DNA of 64,000 nucleotides from an uncultured virus (IMG/VR IMGVR_UViG_3300009183_000053) (Duplodnaviria; Heunggongvirae; Uroviricota; Caudoviricetes): the IMG/VR virus record IMGVR_UViG_3300009183_000053; one strand, given 5' to 3'. The notes beneath the pieces were generated by a model, which was not told the origin of the DNA, ran no database searches, and was given only the letters and a program-made list of their open reading frames with translations. Made by a program: the position numbers and the translations under genes. Position 1 is the first letter of the stretch, and each line of letters opens with the position of its first letter. Shown here piece by piece: positions 16,938 to 23,801 of this stretch.

Positions 16938-17126
16938 TTAGGATAAGCTACTTGTTTCCACACAAGCCCTTAATTGAGAAGTTACTCTGTCCATCCCTTT
17001 TATTCTAATGTCTGTGTGCAGAGGGAACTGCCTATCAGAGCCTGAGATTTCTCTCGCTAACGGTTTTCTGCCACCGGATCTCTATCGCTAATCAAACGCT
17101 ACTTTAACGGAAGTAGTAACGGGATT
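16938..17126 (-). ncRNA. Candidate structured ncRNA 2 in the tRNA array
   Basis: Several hairpins including a GAAA tetraloop. Confidence 0.55.
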
Positions 17127-17219
17127 TGGTGGAGGCAGTTGGAGTCGAACCAACATTGTTTACCACGGGGGAACGGATTTACAGTCCGCTGCAGAACACG
17201 CCATATCTACAATGCCTCC
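17127..17219 (-). tRNA. tRNA-Tyr(GTA)
   Basis: CTGTAAA loop and long variable arm. Confidence 0.88.
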
Positions 17220-17291
17220 ATATAGAAACACACTCACCCGAATGGACTTATCCTGAGTTCCGCCTGCTGTCGGAAGTGTGTTTTTATATGG
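17218..17291 (-). repeat. Spacer stem-loop element, copy A
   Basis: CCATATAAAAACACACT-N40-AGTGTGTTTCTATATGG. Confidence 0.85.
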
Positions 17292-17363
17292 TAGGGGTAC
17301 AGAGAATCGAACTCTGATTAATAGGTTAAAAGCCTACTACTTTAGCCGTTAAGTTATACCCCC
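17289..17363 (-). tRNA. tRNA-Lys(TTT)
   Basis: CTTTTAA loop. Confidence 0.9.
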
Positions 17364-17368
17364 ATAAC

Positions 17369-17495
17369 TACCATTTGTTTTGCTGACGCACTATTTGCTA
17401 TGCTCAACGGATTTAGCTGCAGCATTACCGTTTATACACATAGTTAGTTAGAGTTGACGTTTACTCAAGCGCTTACGTCAGCAAAACAAATGGTA
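17369..17495. repeat. Perfect 20-bp inverted repeat enclosing 87 nt
   Basis: TACCATTTGTTTTGCTGACG (17369-17388) and CGTCAGCAAAACAAATGGTA (17476-17495). Confidence 0.9.
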
Positions 17496-17565
17496 CTCCG
17501 TACCAGAATCGAACTGGTCTTTCCGCCTTGAAAGGGCAGCGTCCTAACCGATAGACGAACGGAGC
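17491..17565 (-). tRNA. tRNA-Glu(TTC)
   Basis: TTTCAA-containing anticodon loop and CCA end. Confidence 0.9.
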
Positions 17566-17580
17566 ATTAACTACAACAAA

Positions 17581-17674
17581 TTTTTAAAGAACGTTTGATT
17601 GATTTCTCAATTCATAGATGAAGTATAACACAACCATGAATCATTGTCAACCAGACTGTTGTATTCCTACAACA
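17581..17674 (-). promoter_or_regulatory. Sigma70 promoter with upstream palindrome, boxB-like hairpin and boxA
   Basis: TTGACA(17645-50)-N17-TATACT, TTGA-GAAA-TCAA and GTTCTTTAAAAA(17581-92). Confidence 0.8.
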
Positions 17675-17678
17675 TGTT

Positions 17679-17754
17679 TGGAGTAGGTGACAGGAATCGA
17701 ACCTGCATGTAACAGATTTGCAATCTGCTCCCTAGCCTTTCGGGTCACACCTAC
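17679..17754 (-). tRNA. tRNA-Cys(GCA)
   Basis: TTGCAAA loop and U73. Confidence 0.9.
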
Positions 17755-17760
17755 ATGTTT

Positions 17761-17848
17761 TGGCAGAAGGTATCGGATTCGAACCGATGCGCCGCTTTCG
17801 CAACGACAGTTTAGCAAACTGCTCCCTTAACCGCTCGGGCAACCTTCT
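17761..17848 (-). tRNA. tRNA-Ser(GCT)
   Basis: TTGCTAA loop, long variable arm and G73. Confidence 0.9.
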
Positions 17849-17853
17849 ATGTT

Positions 17854-17945
17854 TGGCGGAAGACGGAGGAGTCGAACCCCATCCCATTTCTGAGAACCTG
17901 GTTTTCAAGGCCAGTCGCAGGACCAACCCCGCTGCATCATCTTCC
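17854..17945 (-). tRNA. tRNA-Ser(TGA)
   Basis: CTTGAAA loop, long variable arm and G73. Confidence 0.9.
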
Positions 17946-18018
17946 ATATAGAAACACACTAAACGAGGCGACCCGTTTCGAACCAGTTCCTGCTTATCTC
18001 TAATGTGTTTTTATATGG
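17944..18018 (-). repeat. Spacer stem-loop element, copy B
   Basis: CCATATAAAAACACATTA-N39-TAGTGTGTTTCTATATGG. Confidence 0.85.
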
Positions 18019-18089
18019 CTGGGGTACCTTGAATCGAACAAGGACCTACGGATTCAAAGTCCGCAGCACTACCACTATGCTATACCCCA
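18016..18089 (-). tRNA. tRNA-Gln(TTG)
   Basis: U1:A72 pair and CTTTGAA loop. Confidence 0.9.
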
Positions 18090-18104
18090 ATAAACTACGA
18101 CAAA

Positions 18105-18176
18105 TTTTTAAAGAACAGTGTGTATTGTATACCAGATTCGATGACCTGGCAACCACTGTGTTGTATTGAAACAACA
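18105..18176 (-). promoter_or_regulatory. Sigma70 promoter with upstream palindrome and boxA
   Basis: TTGCCA(18147-52)-N17-TACAAT and GTTCTTTAAAAA(18105-16). Confidence 0.75.
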
Positions 18177-18177
18177 A

Positions 18178-18212
18178 ACAAAAAACCCTAGATTTTTTAG
18201 GTCTAGGGTCTT
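18178..18212 (-). terminator. Intrinsic terminator (putative attenuator)
   Basis: ACCCTAGA-loop-TCTAGGGT followed by TTTTTGTTTG. Confidence 0.85.
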
Positions 18213-18242
18213 GTGTTTGAAGTCTTTTTTAGAACTTATGTA

Positions 18243-18353
18243 TTAGTTCTCTCTCTTTACACAAAACCCAGTCGGCGCCCATGAGCTATCACCACAATTA
18301 ATTGTGCGATACTCGGACTGTAACGTAAAGGGTTTATGTTTAAAATTTTTCAT
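18243..18353 (-). CDS. Putative leader peptide containing all 20 amino acids (36 aa)
   Basis: MKNFKHKPFTLQSEYRTINCGDSSWAPTGFCVKREN*. ATG begins 7 nt after TATAAT and the 3' end overlaps the antiterminator strand. Confidence 0.75.
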   Translation of the reverse strand: MKNFKHKPFTLQSEYRTINCGDSSWAPTGFCVKREN

Positions 18354-18359
18354 AGTGTT

Positions 18360-18388
18360 ATTATATAGGAACTTTTATGTCTTGGCAA
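18360..18388 (-). promoter_or_regulatory. Sigma70 promoter of the leader peptide and tRNA array
   Basis: TTGCCA-N17-TATAAT. Confidence 0.8.
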
Positions 18389-18401
18389 GCGGTTTTTAAA
18401 A

Positions 18402-18935
18402 TTATTTTTTAAATCCGTAAAAAAATAATTCGGGAGTATTATTTGTTTCAAACTTGTAAGTATGAAACATACTATCCATATCAAAGTTTTTACAAAAATC
18501 TTCTTCTGTAAGATTACTGTAATATTCCCAACCTTTTGCAATGGTTAAAGGACTATCATTTGGTGCTTTATTAGATGTACCATGTTCAGGATAACCTGTT
18601 GTTGGTACTACGATAAAAACTAATCCATCTTTTTTGGTCATACGATACATGTTTTGAAATGTTTCTATCCAATGTGGATTGTGTTCGAAACAATTACAAG
18701 AACCTGTGGTGTCGTATGTGCCATCTGCATGGTCGACAAGCTGGCCTTCACAAACCAAGTCAACATCTTTTCCTGCATCAACGTCAACACCAACATACTC
18801 ACATTCATTAAAATGTATCTTCATGGTACCGTTGATATTTAAACTACCAACTTCCAACATCTTTATGTTATTGAAGTTTTGTGGAAAATCCGATGATAAC
18901 TTTTTTACAAACTCTTGTTGAGTTGGATGTGACAT
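18402..18935 (-). CDS. Class I SAM-dependent methyltransferase
   Basis: MLEVGS, YVGVD and FEH...KKDGLVFI. Confidence 0.85.
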   Translation of the reverse strand: MSHPTQQEFVKKLSSDFPQNFNNIKMLEVGSLNINGTMKIHFNECEYVGVDVDAGKDVDLVCEGQLVDHADGTYDTTGSCNCFEHNPHWIETFQNMYRMTKKDGLVFIVVPTTGYPEHGTSNKAPNDSPLTIAKGWEYYSNLTEEDFCKNFDMDSMFHTYKFETNNTPELFFYGFKK

Positions 18936-18938
18936 ATT

Positions 18939-19445
18939 TTATTTTTTCCAGGCAATCGGGTTATAATTTATTGGACCAGATGGATCAACAAAATCATCAA
19001 GTATTTCCCATAGATTTTCTGATACAGCAAACTTTGTAATAAGTCCAGGTTCACGGCCGTAAGCATCTATCTCCCATGGCTGAATCCAATAATCAATCTT
19101 ATCTGGATCAACCTTCTTACCTCGCCATCTGGTCAACTCATCATTCGTTTCACCATCAATATATTGTTTCACATGAACCATTTCATGCGCCAAGGTTTCC
19201 AGTATTCTTCTGGATCCGATATTTGGATTTATTTCTATTAGGAATTCTCTAGGTAGTTTTCTTGTATTATAATCTTCAATACTAGCAAAACCATATTCAG
19301 TTATTTTGGTACAAAATTTAATTTCTGTTATACAATTATTTCTTATTCGTGTATTAGGTATTAATTCTTTAGCGAAGAATTGGGCAGCTCTTTCAACAAA
19401 GGGCTTAAAATCTTTGTCTGGACAGTTAACCACACGAATAATCAT
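18939..19445 (-). CDS. Zinc metallopeptidase-like protein (HExxH)
   Basis: LAHEMVHVKQ and PWEIDAY. Confidence 0.8.
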   Translation of the reverse strand: MIIRVVNCPDKDFKPFVERAAQFFAKELIPNTRIRNNCITEIKFCTKITEYGFASIEDYNTRKLPREFLIEINPNIGSRRILETLAHEMVHVKQYIDGETNDELTRWRGKKVDPDKIDYWIQPWEIDAYGREPGLITKFAVSENLWEILDDFVDPSGPINYNPIAWKK

Positions 19446-19489
19446 CCTGGTCTCCTAAGGGCACAATTACCCCAAGTTATTTAGGAGAA

Positions 19490-20005
19490 TTAGATTTTTT
19501 CTACCCAGACTGATGCTTTTTGTAGGAATTCGATACCATCATCACTCCGATAAGAGTTCCGATATAGAACACTGCTAATACCACTTTGGTAGATAAGTTT
19601 GGCACAGTCCAAACATGGAGCGTGGGTAACAAACATAGTAGCACCCATACCAGATTCGGTAGACTTAGCAAGTTTTGCAATCGCATTAGTTTCAGCATGT
19701 AAAACCTCTGGTTTAGTTTTGAGTGCATATCTTCTCCAACGATTGTCTTCCTTTGGAAGCATCTGTTCTTTGTTTGGCCAGCGTTCTTCAATCTCATTCA
19801 AATCCAACCAACCGCCAGCATCAACACTCATGTATTCTTTATCTTCACAATCATTATCCCAACCTGAAGGCATACCATTGTAACCAATTGAAATGATTCT
19901 ATCATCTTTGACTACAATAGCACCAACATGAAGTCTGCGAGCCGAGGACAATTGTGCAAATGTCTCGGCCACTTTCATATATGCATTACGAAATTTTGTT
20001 TTCAT
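19490..20005 (-). CDS. cd: dCMP deaminase
   Basis: GYNG, HAETNAI and PCLDC. Confidence 0.93.
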   Translation of the reverse strand: MKTKFRNAYMKVAETFAQLSSARRLHVGAIVVKDDRIISIGYNGMPSGWDNDCEDKEYMSVDAGGWLDLNEIEERWPNKEQMLPKEDNRWRRYALKTKPEVLHAETNAIAKLAKSTESGMGATMFVTHAPCLDCAKLIYQSGISSVLYRNSYRSDDGIEFLQKASVWVEKI

Positions 20006-20018
20006 ATTTTTTTAAAAT

Positions 20019-20093
20019 TGGTGGGCTGACTAGGAATTGAACCTAGACTCAATGAATTATGAGTTCACTGCTTTACCATTAAGCTATCAGCCC
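20019..20093 (-). tRNA. tRNA(CAT), probably Ile2 (lysidine)
   Basis: GGGC acceptor start, CTCATAA loop and A73. Confidence 0.85.
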
Positions 20094-20276
20094 TTATCTG
20101 ATATATTCTAATGATTCTTTTCGCATTAATTTAGGTGTTTCCCTAATACCAATGTTCTTAATTACATAAACAAATTGAACACCATCAATCTCTTTAGTCT
20201 CTGGTGAACAAACGTAGTAATTCTCCAACGTGGTTTTAACACGAACTTTTTTGATGTATTGTTTTTCAGTTTTCAT
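20094..20276 (-). CDS. Hypothetical protein
   Basis: 60-aa ORF just after a promoter. Confidence 0.55.
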   Translation of the reverse strand: MKTEKQYIKKVRVKTTLENYYVCSPETKEIDGVQFVYVIKNIGIRETPKLMRKESLEYIR

Positions 20277-20285
20277 AATGTCTAT

Positions 20286-20322
20286 ATTATAACACAAAAA
20301 AAAGGGTCTGTCAAGACCCTTT
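20286..20322 (-). terminator. Terminator overlapping a sigma70 promoter
   Basis: AAAGGGTC-TTGACA-GACCCTTTTTTTT, followed by TATAAT 17 nt after TTGACA. Confidence 0.8.
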
Positions 20323-20406
20323 ATGATTATCTACCTTTTAAGGTATGGTCTGACCTGTGTTCTTTGATGGCCTGTATGGCTTCAAGTATACTTTGTAGAA
20401 ATTTTT

Positions 20407-20850
20407 TCATTCTTTGGCCTTGATTGAAATTTTCTTAATAGCATCTTGTGCTTTGACCATGTTTTCTAGCCAAATCTTCAACATACCATTCATCAACTCT
20501 GCATCTTTGATTTCAACTTTGTCTGCGAGAGTGAAGGTACGTTCAAATGCACGGTTGGCAATGCCTTTGTACAAATATTCTTCTTCCTCTGCGTCTTTAG
20601 ATGCAGCTTTAATTACAAGTTTGTTTCCTTCCAAAGTCATCTCAATATCAGACTTTGCGAAACCAGCAACAGCCATTTCAATGACGTACTTGTTTGCAGT
20701 TACCTGTTTGATGTTGTATGGAGGATAAGATACGGCTTTAGATGCAGCCGCTGCAGCTTCACGCATGATTGACATTGTGTCATCAAATCCCACGGTGAAT
20801 GGTTGAATTTTGCCGAAATCGACACCGAAATAATCTTTAAGATTAGTCAT
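20407..20850 (-). CDS. Small heat-shock protein (Hsp20/IbpA-like)
   Basis: SYPPYNI, IEMAVAGF, YLYKGIANRAFERTF and NGML. Confidence 0.95.
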   Translation of the reverse strand: MTNLKDYFGVDFGKIQPFTVGFDDTMSIMREAAAAASKAVSYPPYNIKQVTANKYVIEMAVAGFAKSDIEMTLEGNKLVIKAASKDAEEEEYLYKGIANRAFERTFTLADKVEIKDAELMNGMLKIWLENMVKAQDAIKKISIKAKE

Positions 20851-21076
20851 AAGTTTCTCCTGAAAGCGAGATTAAAAATTGATACCCCGAAGGCGTATCG
20901 CTTAAGGTACTGGTTACGTTATCCAGCGGCAATTACGTCTGCCCGTTTTACTAACGCTCCTAAGGTAGGTGGAGCACCTTTTTCCTGGAGTATTAAGTCT
21001 CGGTAGGACCAGGTTCCACCTTTGACTTTTCCCATCCCGATGGGACTATTATAACAATATTTATATCAGTTGTCAA
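20851..21076 (-). promoter_or_regulatory. Hsp20 promoter(s) and structured 5' leader with ROSE-like hairpin
   Basis: TTGACA-N17-TATAAT with TATAAATA inside the spacer, and TCTCGCT...AGGAGA over the RBS. Confidence 0.65.
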
Positions 21077-21480
21077 CCACTATTTGGTTTCTTACCAATA
21101 TTATATTTTGGTGTAAGTTGCCAGTCGCTCTTTTCCTTGTGTGACAATATTTTAATCTGTGACAAGAAAATAGGTGGTGGCACCTCGGTTTGTTTTTTAT
21201 TGACTAACTTTACCAAGCCCCAATCTTCCAATAGGTTTGCAATGGCATTCCTACGAGATAGGTCGTTTTCGGTAATGTCTGTTGTTTTGCCATCTAAGGC
21301 AAATAGTTCTTTGAAATGTACCACGTAGTATTGACCACGTTTGTGGAGTATGTGGCAAGATTGGTATAATGTTTGGTCTTTCTTGGAGGCGACACCAATA
21401 CGGGTCAGTGTCTCACGTACCTTTAAAAAATCATCTTTGTCATCCAATGTCACTTCAACTAGGTCTTTAATGTCTATCAT
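21073..21480 (-). CDS. regA: Translational repressor RegA
   Basis: DFLKVRETLTRIGVAS...LYQSCHILHKRGQYYVVHFKE. Confidence 0.96.
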   Translation of the reverse strand: MIDIKDLVEVTLDDKDDFLKVRETLTRIGVASKKDQTLYQSCHILHKRGQYYVVHFKELFALDGKTTDITENDLSRRNAIANLLEDWGLVKLVNKKQTEVPPPIFLSQIKILSHKEKSDWQLTPKYNIGKKPNSG

Positions 21481-21856
21481 TATTCTTCACTCCGCCTGTA
21501 TCTATTTTTGTTTTTATATCAGCGATTTGTTCATCAGTAAGAATACGTAGGGCCTCTTTGGCCTTGGCATTAGAGTAACCAAAATAGGTCTTCACACACT
21601 CAATATCCTTATCAGAATCGGCCTTCTGCCACGGAACGAATTTACGTTTCATAGGCCTGATACTATTTAGAAGATACTGGTATTGCATGTCTTTATCAAT
21701 ACCTGGCCACAAGTTCATGTCATTGACATACAAGACACAATCTAAGTGGTTGGAGAGAGACCTATTGATTAGGAAAGGTGCATAATCTTTGTAGTCCAAT
21801 TCACCATCCGGCACCTTCTTTCTCAGGATGTAATCGGCATAGTCGAACGGACTCAT
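21467..21856 (-). CDS. gp62: Clamp loader small subunit
   Basis: PFLINRSLS and YFGYS...AKEAL, plus synteny. Confidence 0.92.
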   Translation of the reverse strand: MSPFDYADYILRKKVPDGELDYKDYAPFLINRSLSNHLDCVLYVNDMNLWPGIDKDMQYQYLLNSIRPMKRKFVPWQKADSDKDIECVKTYFGYSNAKAKEALRILTDEQIADIKTKIDTGGVKNNDRH

Positions 21857-22785
21857 TTGAATTCACATTCAACCATCAGTTCTGTAAGGCAAGCAATCAA
21901 ATTGATTTCGTGGTCTGCAACAAAGGCTGACTGATATTGATACTTAGCCAAAATTAGTACCATTTGTGGTACAGAGTTGGGTTTCAACTTCTCATACAAT
22001 GAATCATAGATGTTTCTAAAGATTCTGGTGATATCGTTGTCGAGGTTGTTTGTAGTCCATTTTCGACAAGAAGCGAAGTCCTTGTTCATAATAGAAGACA
22101 CCAGTTCACTCATCTGTACATCAGAAACCGAGGCCAAGATGCCTTTGTCGATTGTACCACTAACACTATAACGTTGTAGTTCGTTCAAAACACGGCGGTT
22201 ATCAGGGAAATGTTTGGTGATAACGGCAGCGACCACTTGCTTATCGTATGTAACACCTTCTTGTTCTAAAATCCATTCAACACGTTTAAAGAATCCTGCA
22301 GCCATCTTCTGTTTACTGCCATTGATTTTAAAGTCAATAACGGTACAACGTGAATGAATCGGGTCAATGATTCTGTTCTTAAAGTTACATGTGAAGATGA
22401 ATGAACAGTTGGATGAGAACTCCTCGATAGCACCACGCAGCGCAGGTTGAGTTGAATTTGGATTTAGATAGTCTGCTTCGTCAATAATAACAACCTTGCG
22501 GCCGCCTGACAAGGACATAGATGATGCATAGTTCTTGATTTTGTTCCGTAGAACATCAATACCTGATTCATCTGAACCGTTAATCATAATGTAATCACAA
22601 CCGACTTCTTCACAGAGAGCCTTTGCAATTGTGGTTTTACCAACACCAGCAGAACCAGCCAACAAGAGATTGGGAATCTCTTTGCGGTTCACATACTCCT
22701 GAAATGTGGCCTTGATGCCATCAGGAAGAATACATTCTTCAATGGTCTTAGGACGATATTTCTCGACCCATAAAATGTGTGACAT
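21853..22785 (-). CDS. gp44: Clamp loader large subunit
   Basis: WVEKYRP, GVGKTT, IIDEAD and SRC. Confidence 0.96.
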   Translation of the reverse strand: MSHILWVEKYRPKTIEECILPDGIKATFQEYVNRKEIPNLLLAGSAGVGKTTIAKALCEEVGCDYIMINGSDESGIDVLRNKIKNYASSMSLSGGRKVVIIDEADYLNPNSTQPALRGAIEEFSSNCSFIFTCNFKNRIIDPIHSRCTVIDFKINGSKQKMAAGFFKRVEWILEQEGVTYDKQVVAAVITKHFPDNRRVLNELQRYSVSGTIDKGILASVSDVQMSELVSSIMNKDFASCRKWTTNNLDNDITRIFRNIYDSLYEKLKPNSVPQMVLILAKYQYQSAFVADHEINLIACLTELMVECEFK

Positions 22786-22805
22786 TCAAATACTCCATAA
22801 TATAA

Positions 22806-23159
22806 TTAAATTTCATCGTGCCATTTAAAGCCAAGAAGATACTTGGCCATAAATCTGATGACGGCATTTGGTTTAGTGGGTCTATAAACAAACATAGAGT
22901 CTGTGATTTCCCATTTACCAACATTTTTCACAGAAGGTTTTATAACAAAGGAACTCATTACTGGTGATGATGTGATTGAACAACCATTACCACCACTAGA
23001 AATAAGAAGTGGAGAAAAATATTGGCCGTTAGTAACAATACTATTGGCCAATTGTTTGTTTCGCCATTCTGCAATCCATTGTTCACATGGAGTAAAATCC
23101 AAATCTAGTTTGGTTTGCTCCATCAACGGAAAGAAAAATTGAATTTCAGTCTGTTGCAT
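22806..23159 (-). CDS. Hypothetical protein
   Basis: 117-aa ORF within the operon. Confidence 0.6.
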   Translation of the reverse strand: MQQTEIQFFFPLMEQTKLDLDFTPCEQWIAEWRNKQLANSIVTNGQYFSPLLISSGGNGCSITSSPVMSSFVIKPSVKNVGKWEITDSMFVYRPTKPNAVIRFMAKYLLGFKWHDEI

Positions 23160-23346
23160 GTGGGAAAGGCCAACTTAAATCTTTTTTAAGTTCTTCAACA
23201 CGACTTTGTAAAACATTTATTGCTGTATTGTAATGACCAGTGCCTTCTTGGTTTGGATCGAATCTGGATTTCAATACACTAATTTCTTTATTCAATACAG
23301 CAATGTATTCAGTCTTATCAGTCCATGTTTTAATTTCACCCATCAT
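23146..23346 (-). CDS. Hypothetical protein
   Basis: 66-aa coupled ORF. Confidence 0.6.
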   Translation of the reverse strand: MMGEIKTWTDKTEYIAVLNKEISVLKSRFDPNQEGTGHYNTAINVLQSRVEELKKDLSWPFPHATD

Positions 23347-23618
23347 TTCACCTCATTCATGCTTTCAAATAGAGCTTCAAACTCTTTTGATTCTGCCACT
23401 TCAGTTTGAAATGAATTTTTGAATTGTGTTTTTGCCATACGTTTGACAATCTTCTTAGGGATTTTCAATTCATCATTGGTAATATCCACAATGTCTTTAA
23501 TTGCCTCATTATTGGATTGATTTCTCTGCATATGCAGTACCACTTCATCAATATAACCTTTGAGTTTTTTAAGTTGGTCTTCGTCAAAAGAACCAAACAA
23601 TGTATTTACTTTAGTCAT
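23343..23618 (-). CDS. T4 DsbA-like dsDNA-binding protein
   Basis: Size and NEAIKDI...DELKI...E.EALFE pattern resemble T4 DsbA. Confidence 0.65.
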   Translation of the reverse strand: MTKVNTLFGSFDEDQLKKLKGYIDEVVLHMQRNQSNNEAIKDIVDITNDELKIPKKIVKRMAKTQFKNSFQTEVAESKEFEALFESMNEVK

Positions 23619-23800
23619 TAATTGGATCCAATCAGTGCAATAACATCGTAATCACTTTCTTCAACAATAATATCACTGTTTGTGAGTTTGATTCCTGTTT
23701 TACCTTTTAGTTCACCGTCATTCATAGTATATACCGCTACGATATAATTTTCATTAATTGAAACTTTGTTGCCGTTGGCTGCGTCTGTAACCCAAATCAT
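23618..23800 (-). CDS. Small hypothetical protein
   Basis: Start at ATG 23800 (MIWVTD...) after a GGAG RBS. Confidence 0.6.
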   Translation of the reverse strand: MIWVTDAANGNKVSINENYIVAVYTMNDGELKGKTGIKLTNSDIIVEESDYDVIALIGSN

Positions 23801-23801
23801 A

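Noticed and set aside
16187..17126. RNase P RNA or hammerhead ribozyme
   Set aside because: No GAGGAAAGTCC signature and no CUGANGA/GAAA core was seen.
15943..17495. tmRNA (one- or two-piece)
   Set aside because: The Ala RNA has its own TGC anticodon arm, and no ANDxxYALAA-like tag frame was found.
13631..17959. Short ORF-track entries overlapping tRNAs (e.g. 13631, 14767, 15871, 17126, 17732)
   Set aside because: They are shadow frames of tRNA genes.
17218..18018. CRISPR mini-array from the repeated stems
   Set aside because: Only two copies about 730 nt apart, arranged as inverted arms around a loop rather than direct repeats, and no cas genes are visible.
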